This document shows, piece after piece, positions 27,186 through 39,315 of a stretch of 64,000 nt of DNA (the first letter of the stretch is position 1; every line of letters starts with the position of its first letter). A program made the position numbers and the translations under genes. The stretch is from Nitrospirota bacterium (GTDB taxonomy: Bacteria; Nitrospirota; Thermodesulfovibrionia; Thermodesulfovibrionales; JdFR-86): assembly GCA_963721805.1 (NCBI GenBank), contig CAVRJY010000001.1, positions 672,001 to 736,000 of the forward strand, given 5' to 3'. The notes below the pieces were generated by a model that searched no databases, had not been told where the DNA came from, and was given only the letters and a program-made list of their open reading frames with translations.

Positions 27186-28724
27186 TTAGTTGCTATCCAG
27201 GAAGTCCTTGAGCCAGCGACTTCTTGAGGGATGTTTTAATTTCTTGAGCGCCTTCACCTCGATCTGCCTGATGCGCTCCCGCGTAACCTCAAACTCCTGC
27301 CCTATCTCCTCCAGCGTCAGCGGCGAGTCGTCGCCAATCCCGAACCGGCGGCGCAGGACCATCGCCTCTTTGTCGTTAAGCGAGTTCAATAGCTTCTGGA
27401 CCTTGTTGCAGAGGTCCTCGTTGATCGCCTCCTGAAGGGGCGAGGCGTGCGACTTGTCCTCGATGAAATCCCCGAGGCTGCTGTCCTCGTCCTCGCCTAC
27501 GGGCGTCTCGAGCGATATGGGCTCCCGCGTGATCTTCTGGATGCCCTTGACCTTCTCCACTGGCAGGTGCAGGCGGGCCGCGATCTGCTCGGGCGTGGGC
27601 TCCGCGCCGAGCTCCTGGAATATCTCGCGCGAGATGCGTATGATGCGGTTTATCGTCTCGACCATGTGCACCGGGATGCGGATCGTGCGCGACTGGTCCG
27701 CCAGCGCGCGCGTGATGGACTGCCTGATCCACCAGGTGGCGTAGGTCGAAAACTTATACCCGCGCGCGTACTCGAACTTCTCGACCGCGCGCATCAGCCC
27801 GATGTTGCCCTCCTGTATGAGGTCCGACAGGCTCAGGCCCTTGCCCATGTGGCGCTTGGCTATGCTGATGACGAGCCGCAGGTTGGCCTCGATCAGCTCG
27901 CGCTTGGCGTCCTGCAGGTTGAACTCCTCGGTCTCGATCGCGCCGAGGGCGTCCCTCAGCTCCGATGGGGCGAGGTCCAGCGATGCGCACATCTCACCCA
28001 GAAGGCGGCGGCACTCGATGTACCGGGCCGCGGCCGCGCGAGTCTCGGCCGACTTGATCCCGGCCGGTACGGACTTGAGCGTACCGGGCTTGATGCGGGC
28101 CGACACGAGCCGCCTGGTCAGGCCCTTGATGTCGGCCTCGGTGTCCAGGGCCGCGATGATCTCTTTCTTGAGGTCCTCGGAGAAGCTCATCACGACCTCT
28201 TCTTTGAGGCTCAGCGCCTTGATGCCCTCAAGGAGCGCGGCCTTGGCCGCATCCACGGACTTGGTCGAAGGGCTTTTGGCGCGCGAGGCGGCGAGCTTCT
28301 TTGCGGCCTTCTGGTAGGCCTCCATGAGCTTGCCTGCGCGGACCGTATCTTTATATAGCTTGCCGCGCTCCTCGGTCATGTCCTCGTCTGAGGTCTCGTC
28401 GACGCCGATGACGACATCGCCGATCGGGGCCTCGCCGCGCTCGACGCGCTCGCCTAATGCGAGGAGCTTCTTGAGCGTCAGCGGGCGCAGGAAGACCACG
28501 CAGGTCAGTTCCTTGCGGCTCTTTTCGATCTTGCGCGCGATCCTGACCTCGCCCTCGCGCGTAAGCAGAGGGCGGTGGGCCATCTCCCTCAGGTAGACCT
28601 TTACCGGCTCGTACTCGCCCTCGTAGGGCAGGGGTACCGCGACCTCTTCCTCCTCGGCAGGGGCCTCGGGGTCTTCGATCGCGTCGGAGTCGTATGTCTC
28701 TTGCGGTTCGTCAAACCTTTTCAT
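27186..28724 (-). CDS. rpoD: RNA polymerase sigma factor RpoD (dnaG-linked)
   Basis: [55 protein letters not shown]; overlaps the dnaG stop. Confidence 0.93.
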   Translation of the reverse strand: MKRFDEPQETYDSDAIEDPEAPAEEEEVAVPLPYEGEYEPVKVYLREMAHRPLLTREGEVRIARKIEKSRKELTCVVFLRPLTLKKLLALGERVERGEAPIGDVVIGVDETSDEDMTEERGKLYKDTVRAGKLMEAYQKAAKKLAASRAKSPSTKSVDAAKAALLEGIKALSLKEEVVMSFSEDLKKEIIAALDTEADIKGLTRRLVSARIKPGTLKSVPAGIKSAETRAAAARYIECRRLLGEMCASLDLAPSELRDALGAIETEEFNLQDAKRELIEANLRLVISIAKRHMGKGLSLSDLIQEGNIGLMRAVEKFEYARGYKFSTYATWWIRQSITRALADQSRTIRIPVHMVETINRIIRISREIFQELGAEPTPEQIAARLHLPVEKVKGIQKITREPISLETPVGEDEDSSLGDFIEDKSHASPLQEAINEDLCNKVQKLLNSLNDKEAMVLRRRFGIGDDSPLTLEEIGQEFEVTRERIRQIEVKALKKLKHPSRSRWLKDFLDSN

Positions 28725-30427
28725 TCGCTTACCTTTTCGGTCATGATCTGCTGCCTGCGGCGAAGGAGGCTGTCAAGTGTGGCGTCGTCTCCCGAGGCCG
28801 CTGCATTTTTTATCCCTTCCTCAATCAGCCTTATCTCGGCCATGGTGCGGCGCAGCCTCATCTTATTGAGGCAGTCCTCGACTATTGTAGCAATATCTTC
28901 GCTATCTTCCAAGCCCGAATTTATAAGCAGCCTCGATATGAAGCCCTGGAGCTCCTCCGGCGCGGTCTCCGCCGAGAAGATCCAGCCCCCCGAGAGGCGC
29001 GACATCGCCTCGCGGACCTGGGGGTCGCGGAACTCCTCGACCGAGCACCCGCCTAGTATCCGGCCCAGCAGCTCGGGGTGCGTGAGCGCGGCCGCAAGCA
29101 GCAGGGACTCCTCGTCCGTGAAGCTGCGCCTTTGGGGTGCTGCTGCGGGCCGCTTCGCGGTCTCGTGGTGCGCCGCGGTGCTGCGCCTGAGCTTGCGAAG
29201 CTCCTCGCGTATGCTCTGCTCGCGCGTGCCTGTAAGCTCGGCGAGCTCGCGTATCAGGTCGTCTATCGCCAGGGCGTCCGACACGTGGCCCAGCACGTCT
29301 AAGGCTTCACGCGCGGCCTCGCTGCCCTTATGGGTCGACGTCTCGATCAGGAACCCGACCGGAGAGGATGCGTTATCTATGAGCCCCTTTAAATGTTCGG
29401 CCCCCTGCTTTTTGATAATGCCGTCCGGGTCGTCGCCTCCGGGGAGCATCAGGACCTTGACCTTCAGGCCGCCCTCGAGCGCGAGCCCCATCGAGCGGCG
29501 GGCCGCGGCAATCCCGGCACGGTCGCCGTCAAAGAGCAGCACCAGGGTCTCGGCGAGCCTTCTGAGGCGCTCGACGTGGCCCTGCGTAAGCGCCGTACCG
29601 AGCGGGGCGACGACGTTATTGATCCCGCCCTGATGGCAGGCTATCGCGTCCATGTACCCCTCGACCACTATCGCGGAGTTCGCGCGCCTGATCTCCTCGC
29701 GTGCCATGTTAAGAGCATACAGGGTTTCGCCCTTTTTGAATATAGGGGTCTCGGGGGAATTCAAGTATTTGGGCTCGCCCTCGCCCATCACGCGGCCTCC
29801 GAACGCTACCGGCTCCCCGCGCAGGCCCATGATCGGGAACATAACCCTGTGGCGGAACATGTCGTACGGGCCCTTCGCGCCAGCTACCACGAGGCCGCTC
29901 TGGATGATGATCTGCTCCTTGAATTTCTTGCGGCGGAGGCGGTCCAGAAGACCATGCCAGCCATCGGGCGCATAGCCCAGCGAGAAGGCGGCGACGGTCT
30001 CGTCCGTGAGCGCGCGCCCCGTTATATAAGACATTGCCTCGGTGGATTTGCTCAGGTTTTCGCTAAAGTACGCGAGCGCCTCTTTCTGCATCGCGTAGAC
30101 AGACTCGTTCAGGCCCTGCTCGCCGGGTTTCTGGTAGGCGCGCTTGATCTCGACCCCGGCGCGGCGCGCGAGCATCTCGACCGCTTCGCGGAACTCTATG
30201 CCCTCTTTCTTCATCACGAACGTGATGAGGTCGCCCCCGCTCTGGCAGCCGAAGCAGTGGAACATCTGGCGGTCGGGGCTTACGATGAACGAGGGGGTCT
30301 TCTCGCCGTGGAACGGGCAGAGGCCCTTATACCGGTTGCCGGCCTTCTTGAGGTTGACGTACTCCGATACCACGTCGACGATGTCGAGGCGGCTCTTGAT
30401 CTCTTCGACGGTGGAGTCGTTCTGCAT
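28721..30427 (-). CDS. dnaG: DNA primase
   Basis: [15 protein letters not shown] zinc finger, [24 protein letters not shown]. Confidence 0.98.
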   Translation of the reverse strand: MQNDSTVEEIKSRLDIVDVVSEYVNLKKAGNRYKGLCPFHGEKTPSFIVSPDRQMFHCFGCQSGGDLITFVMKKEGIEFREAVEMLARRAGVEIKRAYQKPGEQGLNESVYAMQKEALAYFSENLSKSTEAMSYITGRALTDETVAAFSLGYAPDGWHGLLDRLRRKKFKEQIIIQSGLVVAGAKGPYDMFRHRVMFPIMGLRGEPVAFGGRVMGEGEPKYLNSPETPIFKKGETLYALNMAREEIRRANSAIVVEGYMDAIACHQGGINNVVAPLGTALTQGHVERLRRLAETLVLLFDGDRAGIAAARRSMGLALEGGLKVKVLMLPGGDDPDGIIKKQGAEHLKGLIDNASSPVGFLIETSTHKGSEAAREALDVLGHVSDALAIDDLIRELAELTGTREQSIREELRKLRRSTAAHHETAKRPAAAPQRRSFTDEESLLLAAALTHPELLGRILGGCSVEEFRDPQVREAMSRLSGGWIFSAETAPEELQGFISRLLINSGLEDSEDIATIVEDCLNKMRLRRTMAEIRLIEEGIKNAAASGDDATLDSLLRRRQQIMTEKVSE

Positions 30428-30454
30428 GGGATGGAGCCGAGCCCCCCGGGGCGG

Positions 30455-31414
30455 TTAAGTGCGGCTTACGCGTTCGAAGCCGGAGCACTCGATCACCCTG
30501 ATCGGTGCCGTGCGCATGACCTCATCCAGCAGGAGGTTGACGCCGAGGGTGTCGCTCGCGATGTGTCCGGCGATGACGACGTTGAGGTGGTGCTTCTCGG
30601 CCTCTTTGCGGTGCTCCTCGCCGATGTGCATGCCGACTATCGTGTTGATGCCGCCTGAGGCGATGCTTTCAAATATCTTCTCAGGCCCCCCGGTGCCCCC
30701 GGTCATGTCGACGAAGACCTTCCCGGCGGTGCGCTTCTTGGCCCCGGCGAACAGCTTGGGCCCGGTGCCGAACTTCGCGGCGGAGCGGTATTCGGGGATC
30801 GCCTTCAGCAGGTCGAGCAGGTCGCCGATAGTATCGGGCGACTTATCGTCGAAGAGGCGCTGCAGGTATGTCGCGACCATGTTGTCGGCCGGGGTGTGCA
30901 GGCACATAAACGGGATGCCCAGGAGCCGGGCCGCGTCGACCGCGCGAGAGTGGTTGGCGGGCATGAGCTTGCGCTCGACGTCCCTGATCCGCTTTTCCAT
31001 AAGGTCCTCGGCCGCGCTGATCGGGACGCCGAAGCGGCCCATGATCTCCGACTGCATGCCCATGACCTCGTAGAGGTTTGCGTAGGGGCGGCCCTCGGGG
31101 TGGTGGGCTATCATCATGTCGGGCCCGTTACCCCTGAGGCGCAGGGCGTCGGCGAGCATGACCTCCCCGACCTCGATGTCTATGCCCACGAGCGCGGTAG
31201 AGATCTCCTCGTCGCCCGTGCCGAAAAGTATGCGCGAGTCCGCGTAAGGGTTCGTCAGGCTCTCTTGGTCGAACGTCTCGCGTTCGTCCTCCTTGAGCGA
31301 GTCGAAGTCCTTCTTGCGTCTGTCGAGAGCGCGAGCAACGCCGTCCTTGCCTCTGGGGTCGTTTTCGATCCCTGCGGCAATGGCTTTCCTGTAAAGTTCG
31401 CTGAGCCTCATCAT
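30455..31414 (-). CDS. NIF3-like (NGG1p-interacting factor) metal-binding protein
   Basis: AHHPEG, HTPADN, GMH, AGHIASD metal-ligand motifs. Confidence 0.8.
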   Translation of the reverse strand: MMRLSELYRKAIAAGIENDPRGKDGVARALDRRKKDFDSLKEDERETFDQESLTNPYADSRILFGTGDEEISTALVGIDIEVGEVMLADALRLRGNGPDMMIAHHPEGRPYANLYEVMGMQSEIMGRFGVPISAAEDLMEKRIRDVERKLMPANHSRAVDAARLLGIPFMCLHTPADNMVATYLQRLFDDKSPDTIGDLLDLLKAIPEYRSAAKFGTGPKLFAGAKKRTAGKVFVDMTGGTGGPEKIFESIASGGINTIVGMHIGEEHRKEAEKHHLNVVIAGHIASDTLGVNLLLDEVMRTAPIRVIECSGFERVSRT

Positions 31415-31499
31415 TGGCGGCCTCCGGGGCGCAAAGGCCCGGTGGATGCTGAGTGGTTATGGCGCAGGAGTGAGGAAACCCTCAGAGGAAAAGGGAGAC

Positions 31500-31691
31500 C
31501 TACGACGAGCGGAATTTCTTTGAGGCCTTTTTCCGCGCCGCGATGGTCTTCTTTTTCTTCTTTATGCTCGGCTTCTCGAAATGTTCCCTTTTCTTGACTT
31601 CCGAGAGAATGCCCTCTTTCTCGCACTGACGTTTGAATTTCTTGAGGGCGCCCTCGAGGGAATCCCCTTCGAGTACTTTAATTACCGGCAT
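31500..31691 (-). CDS. rpsU: 30S ribosomal protein S21
   Basis: [44 protein letters not shown]. Confidence 0.95.
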   Translation of the reverse strand: MPVIKVLEGDSLEGALKKFKRQCEKEGILSEVKKREHFEKPSIKKKKKTIAARKKASKKFRSS

Positions 31692-31796
31692 CCAGTTCTC
31701 ACTCCCCTCCGTAGTTGAAATAATAGAGCATATATAATCATATATCATTAACCTATAAGTCAAGGGGGCGTTTTTAAAAGCGAACACCCGCGCTAA

Positions 31797-33053
31797 TTAC
31801 GTTCTAATCTGTCCGTCCCCCAGTACGATAAACTTCATGCAGGTTAGCTCTTCCAGCCCCATCGGCCCTCTGGCGTGGATCTTGTCCGTGGCTATCCCGA
31901 TCTCGGCCCCCAGGCCGAACTCAAATCCATCACTAAAGCGGGTAGACGCGTTTATCATCACCGCGGCGGAGTCGACCTCGCGGATGAAGCGCATGCCCTT
32001 TGCGTAGTCGCGCGTTATTATCGACTCGGTGTGTGCGGAGCCGAACTCCGCGATATGCTCCATGGCCTCGTCGATGCCGCTGACGACGCGGATGTTCAGG
32101 ACATAGTCGTTGTATTCGGTATGGAAGTCCTTGTCCGTCGCGGCCTCGAGCTCGGGGAGTATCTCGCGCGTGCGGGGGTCGCCCTTCATCTTCACGTTCT
32201 TCTCGGCCATCGCGTTGGCTATGGCAGGTAAGAACGTCTTTGCTATCGGCTCGTCGACGAGCAGGGTCTCCATCGCGTTACATGTCGCGGGGCGCTGGGC
32301 TTTTGCGTTGAGGCATACCTTTATCGCCATCTCGGTGTCAGCGTCGCGGTCGACGAATATGTGGCAGACGCCCTTGTAGTGCTTGAGCACGGGGACGCGG
32401 GCGTGCTCGGTGACGGCGCGGATGAGGCCCTCGCCGCCGCGCGGGATCACGAGGTCCACGATGCCCTCGAGCTTGACCATCTCGGTGATCGCGTCGCGAT
32501 CAGGCGTGTCGATGAACGTTACGGCGCCCTCGTGCAGACCGGCCTCTGCTATCGAGGCGCGCAGGATGTCCACAATCGCGCGGTTTGAGTTGATCGCCTC
32601 AGAGCCGCCGCGCAGGAGCACGGAGTTTCCGGCCTTCAGGCACAGCGCGGTCGCGTCCGCGGTGACGTTGGGCCGGGATTCGTAGATTATCCCTATCACG
32701 CCTATCGGCACGCGCATGCGGCCTACGGACATGCCGTTTGGCCGCTTCCACATCCCCGTGACCGAGCCCACGGGGTCCGGCAGGCGGACGATCTGCTCGA
32801 TGCCCTCGGCCATGTCGCCGATGCGCGCGTCGTTTAGGGCGAGGCGGTCGATCATCGCGGCCGAGAGGCCCTTGGCGCGCGCGAACTCGATGTCCTTGGC
32901 GTTTTCGGCCATCAGGATCTGGGCGTTGGCGCGCAGGCCGCGCGCCATGAGCTGAAGCGCGACGTTCTTCTGGTTCTCGGACGCGCGGCCCAGGGCGCGC
33001 GCGCCCTTCTTGGCCTCAAGCGCCCTCTCGTGAACGAATGCCTTTATGTTCAT
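31797..33053 (-). CDS. proA: Gamma-glutamyl phosphate reductase
   Basis: IIYESRPNVT, IPRGG, CNAMETLLV, NASTRFSDG, HARGPMGL. Confidence 0.98.
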   Translation of the reverse strand: MNIKAFVHERALEAKKGARALGRASENQKNVALQLMARGLRANAQILMAENAKDIEFARAKGLSAAMIDRLALNDARIGDMAEGIEQIVRLPDPVGSVTGMWKRPNGMSVGRMRVPIGVIGIIYESRPNVTADATALCLKAGNSVLLRGGSEAINSNRAIVDILRASIAEAGLHEGAVTFIDTPDRDAITEMVKLEGIVDLVIPRGGEGLIRAVTEHARVPVLKHYKGVCHIFVDRDADTEMAIKVCLNAKAQRPATCNAMETLLVDEPIAKTFLPAIANAMAEKNVKMKGDPRTREILPELEAATDKDFHTEYNDYVLNIRVVSGIDEAMEHIAEFGSAHTESIITRDYAKGMRFIREVDSAAVMINASTRFSDGFEFGLGAEIGIATDKIHARGPMGLEELTCMKFIVLGDGQIRT

Positions 33054-33120
33054 GGAATGCCTCCTTCAAATTCGCTATATAAGCGTAATTCAAGCCCCCC
33101 CAGATTATCAAGGAGAATAA

Positions 33121-34815
33121 TCAAGGGCGGCTGACGCGGCGGACGCTGTTGATCGACCTCCAGGTGGCTGCGCCCGAGATCGCGGCTATCGCGGCCCAGA
33201 TGGCCCCCGAGAGGTAATATCCCAGGAGCAGCTTGCCTATGCCAAGCGTGATCGCGACGAGAAAAAGGCTCCCGCTGATCCATTCATAGAGCGCTCCCCT
33301 GAAGCTCTCGGCCTGCGGCAGGTCAACCATACCGTGACGCACCGTGGCCCATCCGCGACCGGCAGGGCGGATATGCCGCACGAACGACTCGAGCTTCGCA
33401 CGCTCGACCGGCTTGGTCAGCAGCGTCACGGCGACCCAGACGGACGTCGAGACGCCGATGATGAACGAGAGCTTGCCGTAGTACGCAAGCTCGGTGAACT
33501 TGTAGGCATAGATAGTAGCGAATGTCGAGGCGAGCATCGCCGAGATCTCGCTCCAGGCGTTAACGCGCCACCAAAACCAGCGGACGATGTACACAAGCCC
33601 GGTGCCGGAGCCGAACGCGATCAGGAACTTGAATACCCCGACTATCGACTCGACCTGCGAGGTGACGTATGCGGTGATCGCCGCGAGCACGAGCGTCGAG
33701 ATGCGCGAGACCGTGATGTAGTGTCTGTCTGTCATCCCCGGCTTGATGAACGGGCGGTAGAAGTCGTTTACGAAGTACGCGGACGAGAGGTTCAGATACG
33801 TCGCCAGGGAGGACATGAACGCGGCGAAGAACGACGCGACCATCAGGCCCTTCAGGCCGGTTGGCATCAGGTCCACGACCATGCGCGGGTAGATCGCCTC
33901 GTTGTCGGCGCAGGTGGAATAGAGTACCATCGAGGCCAGGGCCGCGAGCACCCAGGGCCAGGTGCGCAACGCGTAGTTCGTGATGTTGAAGTACAGCGTC
34001 GCGATCAGGCCGTCGCGCTCCGAGCGGCAGGACGTTATGCGCTGCACGACCACGCCCCCGCCGTCGGAGGAGTACTTGCTCCACCAGCTCAGGCCGATGT
34101 ACCCCAGAAACGTCATAAACGCGGTGCCCAGGAACTCACCCGGCGGGAAGAAGCTGAGCACGTCGGGCGGGAGCTGGGCCTTTATCGCCCCGACGCCCCC
34201 GGCGCGGTGGACCGAGACTACCGCGAGCACTATCGCTCCGGTCATCGCTATCGTAAACTGCATGAAGTCCGTGAGCACGACGCCCCAGAACCCCGAGAGC
34301 GTGGAGTAGCAAAGCGTCACGCCGCTTGAGACGAGTATGCTCGGCCACTTGCCCCAGCCGAGCGTGACGTCCATGATCTTGGCCATCGCCAGTATGATCT
34401 GGGCCTTGATGATCGTGTGGATGACGCACGAGAAGTAGACGGCCTTGAACCCGCGCAGCACCGAGGCCGAGCGGCCGGAATACCGGATGTCTATGAGCTC
34501 TACGTCCGTGAGCACCCCGGCGCGGCTCCACAGCCGCGCGAAGAACGAGACGGCCAGCATGCCCGAAAGTATGAAGCACCACCACTGCCAGTTTTCGTAT
34601 ATGCCATGGCTCCGCACGAGGCCTGTGACGTAAAGCGGCGTGTCGGCCGAGAAGGAGGTCGCGACCATCGAGGTCCCGGCAAGCCACCACGGGATGTTAC
34701 GGCCCGAGACGAAAAACTCGCTCAGGCTCGACGAGGCGCGCTTCGTGAAGTACACGCCCACGAGCAGGCTCGCGAGCATATAGACCGCGATTATCGACCA
34801 GTCAAGCGAAGACAT
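33121..34815 (-). CDS. Sodium:solute symporter family protein
   Basis: FFVSGRNIPWWLAGTSMVAT, AAFMSS, many TM segments. Confidence 0.9.
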   Translation of the reverse strand: MSSLDWSIIAVYMLASLLVGVYFTKRASSSLSEFFVSGRNIPWWLAGTSMVATSFSADTPLYVTGLVRSHGIYENWQWWCFILSGMLAVSFFARLWSRAGVLTDVELIDIRYSGRSASVLRGFKAVYFSCVIHTIIKAQIILAMAKIMDVTLGWGKWPSILVSSGVTLCYSTLSGFWGVVLTDFMQFTIAMTGAIVLAVVSVHRAGGVGAIKAQLPPDVLSFFPPGEFLGTAFMTFLGYIGLSWWSKYSSDGGGVVVQRITSCRSERDGLIATLYFNITNYALRTWPWVLAALASMVLYSTCADNEAIYPRMVVDLMPTGLKGLMVASFFAAFMSSLATYLNLSSAYFVNDFYRPFIKPGMTDRHYITVSRISTLVLAAITAYVTSQVESIVGVFKFLIAFGSGTGLVYIVRWFWWRVNAWSEISAMLASTFATIYAYKFTELAYYGKLSFIIGVSTSVWVAVTLLTKPVERAKLESFVRHIRPAGRGWATVRHGMVDLPQAESFRGALYEWISGSLFLVAITLGIGKLLLGYYLSGAIWAAIAAISGAATWRSINSVRRVSRP

Positions 34816-34857
34816 CAAAGACACCCGCAGCGGAATTCATGGTAAATTATAAAGACT

Positions 34858-35217
34858 ATGCGGAGAAAAATCCTTGTGGTCGACGACGAGCCCCTGATCC
34901 TAAAGACGATCGAGCGCGCCCTCGAGAGGGTCGGCTACGAGATCGTGACCACCGGGGACATGGAGAGTTTCATGCAGGCCTTGGGCTCGATGAGCCGCCC
35001 GCCGGACCTCCTGATACTGGATATGAATTTGGGGAAGCTCAACACCGAGCAGATGCTCGACCGCATACGCGAACTCGCCCCCGAGGCCCGGATGCTGTTT
35101 ATCAGCGGCTCGTTCCCCGAGATCTACAACGACCGGGACTTCCTCGAGAAACCTTTCAGGATCGACGAGCTGAGAGAGAAGATACGGATAATGTTAGATG
35201 AACCTCAACGCGCTTGA
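34858..35217 (+). CDS. Single-domain response regulator
   Basis: ILVVDDE, LLILD, FISG, EKPF. Confidence 0.9.
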   Translation: MRRKILVVDDEPLILKTIERALERVGYEIVTTGDMESFMQALGSMSRPPDLLILDMNLGKLNTEQMLDRIRELAPEARMLFISGSFPEIYNDRDFLEKPFRIDELREKIRIMLDEPQRA

Positions 35218-35761
35218 CGCCTCGGCCTTTGTCTTAATCAACCAGACGCTCAGCGTCCCGGCCCTCGACCCCGTGATGGTCTTCATCACGAACTACAACG
35301 TCCTGCTCTTCCTCGGGGTCTATCTGATGATCTACCGCGCAGAGCGCCTGCCGAGCCTCGTGCCTTTCGGGGTCGCGCTCGTCTCGTTCGGGCTCGGGGA
35401 CTGGACCGCACATCTGATCAAGGACCAGATCCAGCGCGTCCGGCCTGAAAACGTGCTCCAAGGCGTCCGCCTGCTCGTGCACCGCACCCATAGCTTTTCG
35501 ATGCCCTCAAACCATGCGGCCAACAGCTTCGCGTTCGTTGCCCCGTTTTACGTGTTTTCCCGGAGCCGCTGGCGTCACGGTCTCCTGGCGGTGGCCGTAG
35601 CGGTGGCGTACTCAAGGCCGTACGTCGGCGTCCATTACCCCGGAGACGTGCTTGCAGGCGCGGTTTACGGCACTGTGCTTGGCGGCTCTGTGGCAATTAT
35701 AACGAGACGCGTCCTCAGGGGAAGGCTGCCCGTGGCAGCGCGTCCTGTTGACTTGAAATAA
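35198..35761 (+). CDS. PAP2-family membrane phosphatase
   Basis: K..RP, PSNH, SRPYVGVHYPGD. Confidence 0.92.
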   Translation: MNLNALDASAFVLINQTLSVPALDPVMVFITNYNVLLFLGVYLMIYRAERLPSLVPFGVALVSFGLGDWTAHLIKDQIQRVRPENVLQGVRLLVHRTHSFSMPSNHAANSFAFVAPFYVFSRSRWRHGLLAVAVAVAYSRPYVGVHYPGDVLAGAVYGTVLGGSVAIITRRVLRGRLPVAARPVDLK

Positions 35762-35810
35762 TCCCGTTCTATACAATTCGTATACGAAATCCATTTTTGG
35801 AGACTGCCAT

Positions 35811-36257
35811 ATGAAAATCGCTATCGGATCTGACCATGCGGGATTTGAGCTCAAGGAGCTGATCAGCGCCTATCTGAAGCGCTCGGGCGCAGAGGTGCTG
35901 GACTTCGGCGCTGCCGGGCCCCAGTCGGTGGACTACCCGGACTTCGGCGAGCGCGTCGCGCGCGCGGTGGCCACCGCAGAGGCCGACCGCGGGGTGCTGA
36001 TCTGCGGCACCGGGATCGGGATGTCGATCGTAGCCAACCGCGTGCCCGGAGTGCGCGCCGCGCTGTGCAGCGAGCCGCTCTCGGCCCGCCTGAGCCGCCT
36101 CCACAACGACGCTAACATACTCGTGCTCGGCGGGCGGATGATCGGCCCCGTCATGGCCGAGGAGATCACGAAGGTCTGGTTCGAGACCCCGTTTGAGGGC
36201 GGACGCCATTTAATGCGATTAGAGAAGCTCCGCGGTATAGAAGAAAGGAACCGTTAA
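35811..36257 (+). CDS. rpiB: Ribose-5-phosphate isomerase B
   Basis: IGSDHAG, DYPD, CGTGIG, HNDAN, FEGGRH. Confidence 0.97.
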   Translation: MKIAIGSDHAGFELKELISAYLKRSGAEVLDFGAAGPQSVDYPDFGERVARAVATAEADRGVLICGTGIGMSIVANRVPGVRAALCSEPLSARLSRLHNDANILVLGGRMIGPVMAEEITKVWFETPFEGGRHLMRLEKLRGIEERNR

Positions 36258-36264
36258 TCCCACC

Positions 36265-37503
36265 ATGTTGATGGACAGCCTCAACCAAAGCGACCCGCAG
36301 GTCTACGACGCGATACAAAACGAAACCCGCCGCGAGCAGGACGAGGTCCTGCTGATCGCCTCGGAAAACTACGCAAGCCGCGCCGTATTGGAGGCGCAGG
36401 GCTCGGTCTTCACCAACAAGTACGCCGAGGGCTACCCGCTTAAGCGCTACTACGGCGGCTGCGAGTACTCCGACGTCATCGAGGGCCTCGCGATAGAGCG
36501 CGCGAAGGAGATGTTCAACGCCGAACACGTTAACGTGCAGCCCCACTCCGGGAGCCAGGCCAACATGGCCGTCTACCTCTCGGTGCTTAAGCCCGGCGAT
36601 ACGATACTCGGCATGAGCCTGAGCCACGGCGGGCACCTGACGCACGGCGCGAAGGTGAACTTCTCGGGCTCGATCTTCAAGAGCGCGTCATACGGCGTAA
36701 ACCGCGAGGGCTTCATCGACTACGACGAGGTCCGCCGCATGGCGGCCGAGCACGCCCCCGCGATGATCGTGGTCGGGGCGAGCGCATACTCGCGGATACT
36801 GGATTTCAAGGCCTTCGGCGAGATCGCGGAGGAGGCCGGGGCATACCTTATGGCCGACATCGCGCACATCGCCGGGCTTGTGGCGGCCGGGCTGCACCCC
36901 TCGCCGTTTCCGCACGCTGATTTCGTTACCTCCACCACGCACAAGACCCTGCGCGGCCCGCGCGGAGGGCTTATCATGTGCAAGGAAAAGTACGCCCGCG
37001 GCATCGACAAGGCCATATTCCCCGGCATACAGGGCGGCCCGCTCATGCACGTCATAGCGGCCAAGGCCGTAGCGTTCAAAGAGGCGCTGACCCCCGAGTT
37101 CAAGGAGTACCAGGCGCAGGTCGTCCGAAACGCGGCGCGGCTGGCCTCGGAGCTGAAGGCCAAGGACTACCAGATCATCTCCGGCGGGACGGACAACCAC
37201 CTGATGCTCATCGATTTGAGCAACAAAAACACCACCGGCAAGGAGGCCGAGCAGGCGCTGGGCCAGGCCGGGGTCACGCTGAACAAAAACGCCGTCCCAT
37301 ACGACACCCGCCCCCCGGCCGTCACCAGCGGCATACGCATCGGCACTCCGTGCGTCACGACGCGCGGGATGGGCGAGGCCGAGATGGTCGAGATAGCCAG
37401 TATCATCGACCTGGCGCTCGGGCTGCGCGGCAACGATTCCGCGCTCTGCGACCTGCGCACGCGCACCCGGGACCTCTGCGAGAAGTTCCCGATATACCAG
37501 TGA
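36265..37503 (+). CDS. glyA: Serine hydroxymethyltransferase
   Basis: [35 protein letters not shown]. Confidence 0.99.
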   Translation: MLMDSLNQSDPQVYDAIQNETRREQDEVLLIASENYASRAVLEAQGSVFTNKYAEGYPLKRYYGGCEYSDVIEGLAIERAKEMFNAEHVNVQPHSGSQANMAVYLSVLKPGDTILGMSLSHGGHLTHGAKVNFSGSIFKSASYGVNREGFIDYDEVRRMAAEHAPAMIVVGASAYSRILDFKAFGEIAEEAGAYLMADIAHIAGLVAAGLHPSPFPHADFVTSTTHKTLRGPRGGLIMCKEKYARGIDKAIFPGIQGGPLMHVIAAKAVAFKEALTPEFKEYQAQVVRNAARLASELKAKDYQIISGGTDNHLMLIDLSNKNTTGKEAEQALGQAGVTLNKNAVPYDTRPPAVTSGIRIGTPCVTTRGMGEAEMVEIASIIDLALGLRGNDSALCDLRTRTRDLCEKFPIYQ

Positions 37504-37528
37504 ACCTGTCTCGAGATAGGTCCTGGCA

Positions 37529-37990
37529 GTGAGATGTCCCTTCTGCAAGCACACTGAGGACAGGGTCATCGACTCGCGCGCGAGCAAGGACGGCGACGTC
37601 ATCCGCCGCCGCCGCGAGTGCCTCAAGTGCGAGCGCCGCTTCACCTCATACGAGCGCGTCGAGGACGTCCTGCCGATGGTCGTGAAAAAAGACAGCCGGC
37701 GCGAGCCGTTCGACCGCCAGAAGATCCTCCACGGACTGGAGAAGGCCTGCGAGAAGCGGCCTATCGGCATGGAGGACAGGGAGAAGGTCGTCGACTCGAT
37801 AGAGCGCAAGCTGCTGTCGATGGGCCTGAAGGAGATCCCCTGCACCGCGATAGGCGAAGAGGTGATGAACTGCCTGCGGGACCTCGACAAGGTCGCCTAC
37901 GTGCGGTTCGCATCGGTATACCGCGAGTTTAAGGACATCAACGAGTTCGTCGACGAGCTCAAGGGCCTCCTCAAGACCAGCCAGAAGTAA
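37529..37990 (+). CDS. nrdR: Transcriptional repressor NrdR
   Basis: [16 protein letters not shown] zinc ribbon, ATP cone, AYVRFASVY. Confidence 0.98.
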   Translation: MRCPFCKHTEDRVIDSRASKDGDVIRRRRECLKCERRFTSYERVEDVLPMVVKKDSRREPFDRQKILHGLEKACEKRPIGMEDREKVVDSIERKLLSMGLKEIPCTAIGEEVMNCLRDLDKVAYVRFASVYREFKDINEFVDELKGLLKTSQK

Positions 37991-38084
37991 GCCCCCCTCC
38001 GCTTTAATTTATTGGCATCTTGGAGTAAAATATCGGCTTATGGCAGCATCGGCTTTTAAATCGAATTAAGCGCGAGGGTCAGGC

Positions 38085-39314
38085 ATGAAATACGTTGTGA
38101 TCGTGGGCGACGGGATGGCCGACAGGCCTATGGCGGAGCTGGGCGGAAAGACGCCGCTTCAGGCCGCATTCACGCCCAACATGGACAAGCTCGCAAAGGA
38201 GAGCACGCTGGGCATGGTCCGCACGGTGCCCGAAGGCATGCACCCGGGCTCCGACGTCGCCAACCTTAGCATCATGGGCTACGACCCGCGCCTGTATTAC
38301 TCCGGCCGCGCTCCGCTGGAGGCCGCGAGCATCGGCATCGACGTGGGCAGAGACGACGTGGCATACCGCTGCAACCTCGTCACGCTGCGGTACGACAAGG
38401 TCCAGACGCGCGCGTTCATGGAAGACTACAGCGCCGGGCATATCTCGACGCCCGAGGCGGCCGACCTGATCCACGCGGTCGATAAGGCCCTCGGCTCCGA
38501 CGCGCTTAAGTTCTACCCGGGCGTGAGCTACCGCCACCTGATGATCTGGCGCGGCGGAGAGGCCGCCGCCGAGTGCACGCCCCCCCATGACATCACGGGC
38601 AAGGAGATCACGGACTACCTGCCGGCCGGGCCGGGCGGTGAGTTTCTGACCACGCTCATGCGCCGCTCGGTCGACGTGCTCTCGCAGCATCCCGTCAACC
38701 ACAAGCGGCAGGCCGAGGGCAAGGGCATCGCAAACAGCATATGGCTCTGGGGACAGGGCAGGAAGCCGGACATGCCGAAGTTCAAGGATAAGTACGGGAT
38801 CGAGGGCGCGATAGTCTCGGCCGTGGACCTCACGAAGGGGCTCGGGATATACGCCGGGCTCGAGGTCTTAAACGTCCCGGACGTCACCGGGTATATCGAC
38901 ACGAACTACGTCGGCAAGGCCGAGTACTCTCTGGAGGCTTTGGAGAAGGTGGACTTCGTGTACATCCACGTCGAGGCCCCGGACGAGGCCGGGCACATGG
39001 GCAGGCTCAAGGACAAGATCAAGGCGATAGAGGACTTCGACGCCCTCGTGCTCGGCACGGTGCTGCGCGGGATGCGCGCCTTCGACGACTACCGCATACT
39101 CGTGCTGCCGGACCACCCCACACCCATAGAGGTCCGCACGCACACGCCCGAGCCGGTGCCGTTCATCCTCTTTGACAGCGCGCTTAAGCTCCACAATGCG
39201 ACCGCCGTATATGACGAGAACATCGCTGGCCTTGCGGGCAGCGTTAAGATAGAACACGGGCATGAACTCATGGACCTGCTCATCACAGGGACCATGAAGG
39301 GAGGGGACCGATAA
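38085..39314 (+). CDS. apgM: Cofactor-independent phosphoglycerate mutase (ApgM type)
   Basis: [28 protein letters not shown]. Confidence 0.9.
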   Translation: MKYVVIVGDGMADRPMAELGGKTPLQAAFTPNMDKLAKESTLGMVRTVPEGMHPGSDVANLSIMGYDPRLYYSGRAPLEAASIGIDVGRDDVAYRCNLVTLRYDKVQTRAFMEDYSAGHISTPEAADLIHAVDKALGSDALKFYPGVSYRHLMIWRGGEAAAECTPPHDITGKEITDYLPAGPGGEFLTTLMRRSVDVLSQHPVNHKRQAEGKGIANSIWLWGQGRKPDMPKFKDKYGIEGAIVSAVDLTKGLGIYAGLEVLNVPDVTGYIDTNYVGKAEYSLEALEKVDFVYIHVEAPDEAGHMGRLKDKIKAIEDFDALVLGTVLRGMRAFDDYRILVLPDHPTPIEVRTHTPEPVPFILFDSALKLHNATAVYDENIAGLAGSVKIEHGHELMDLLITGTMKGGDR

Positions 39315-39315
39315 C

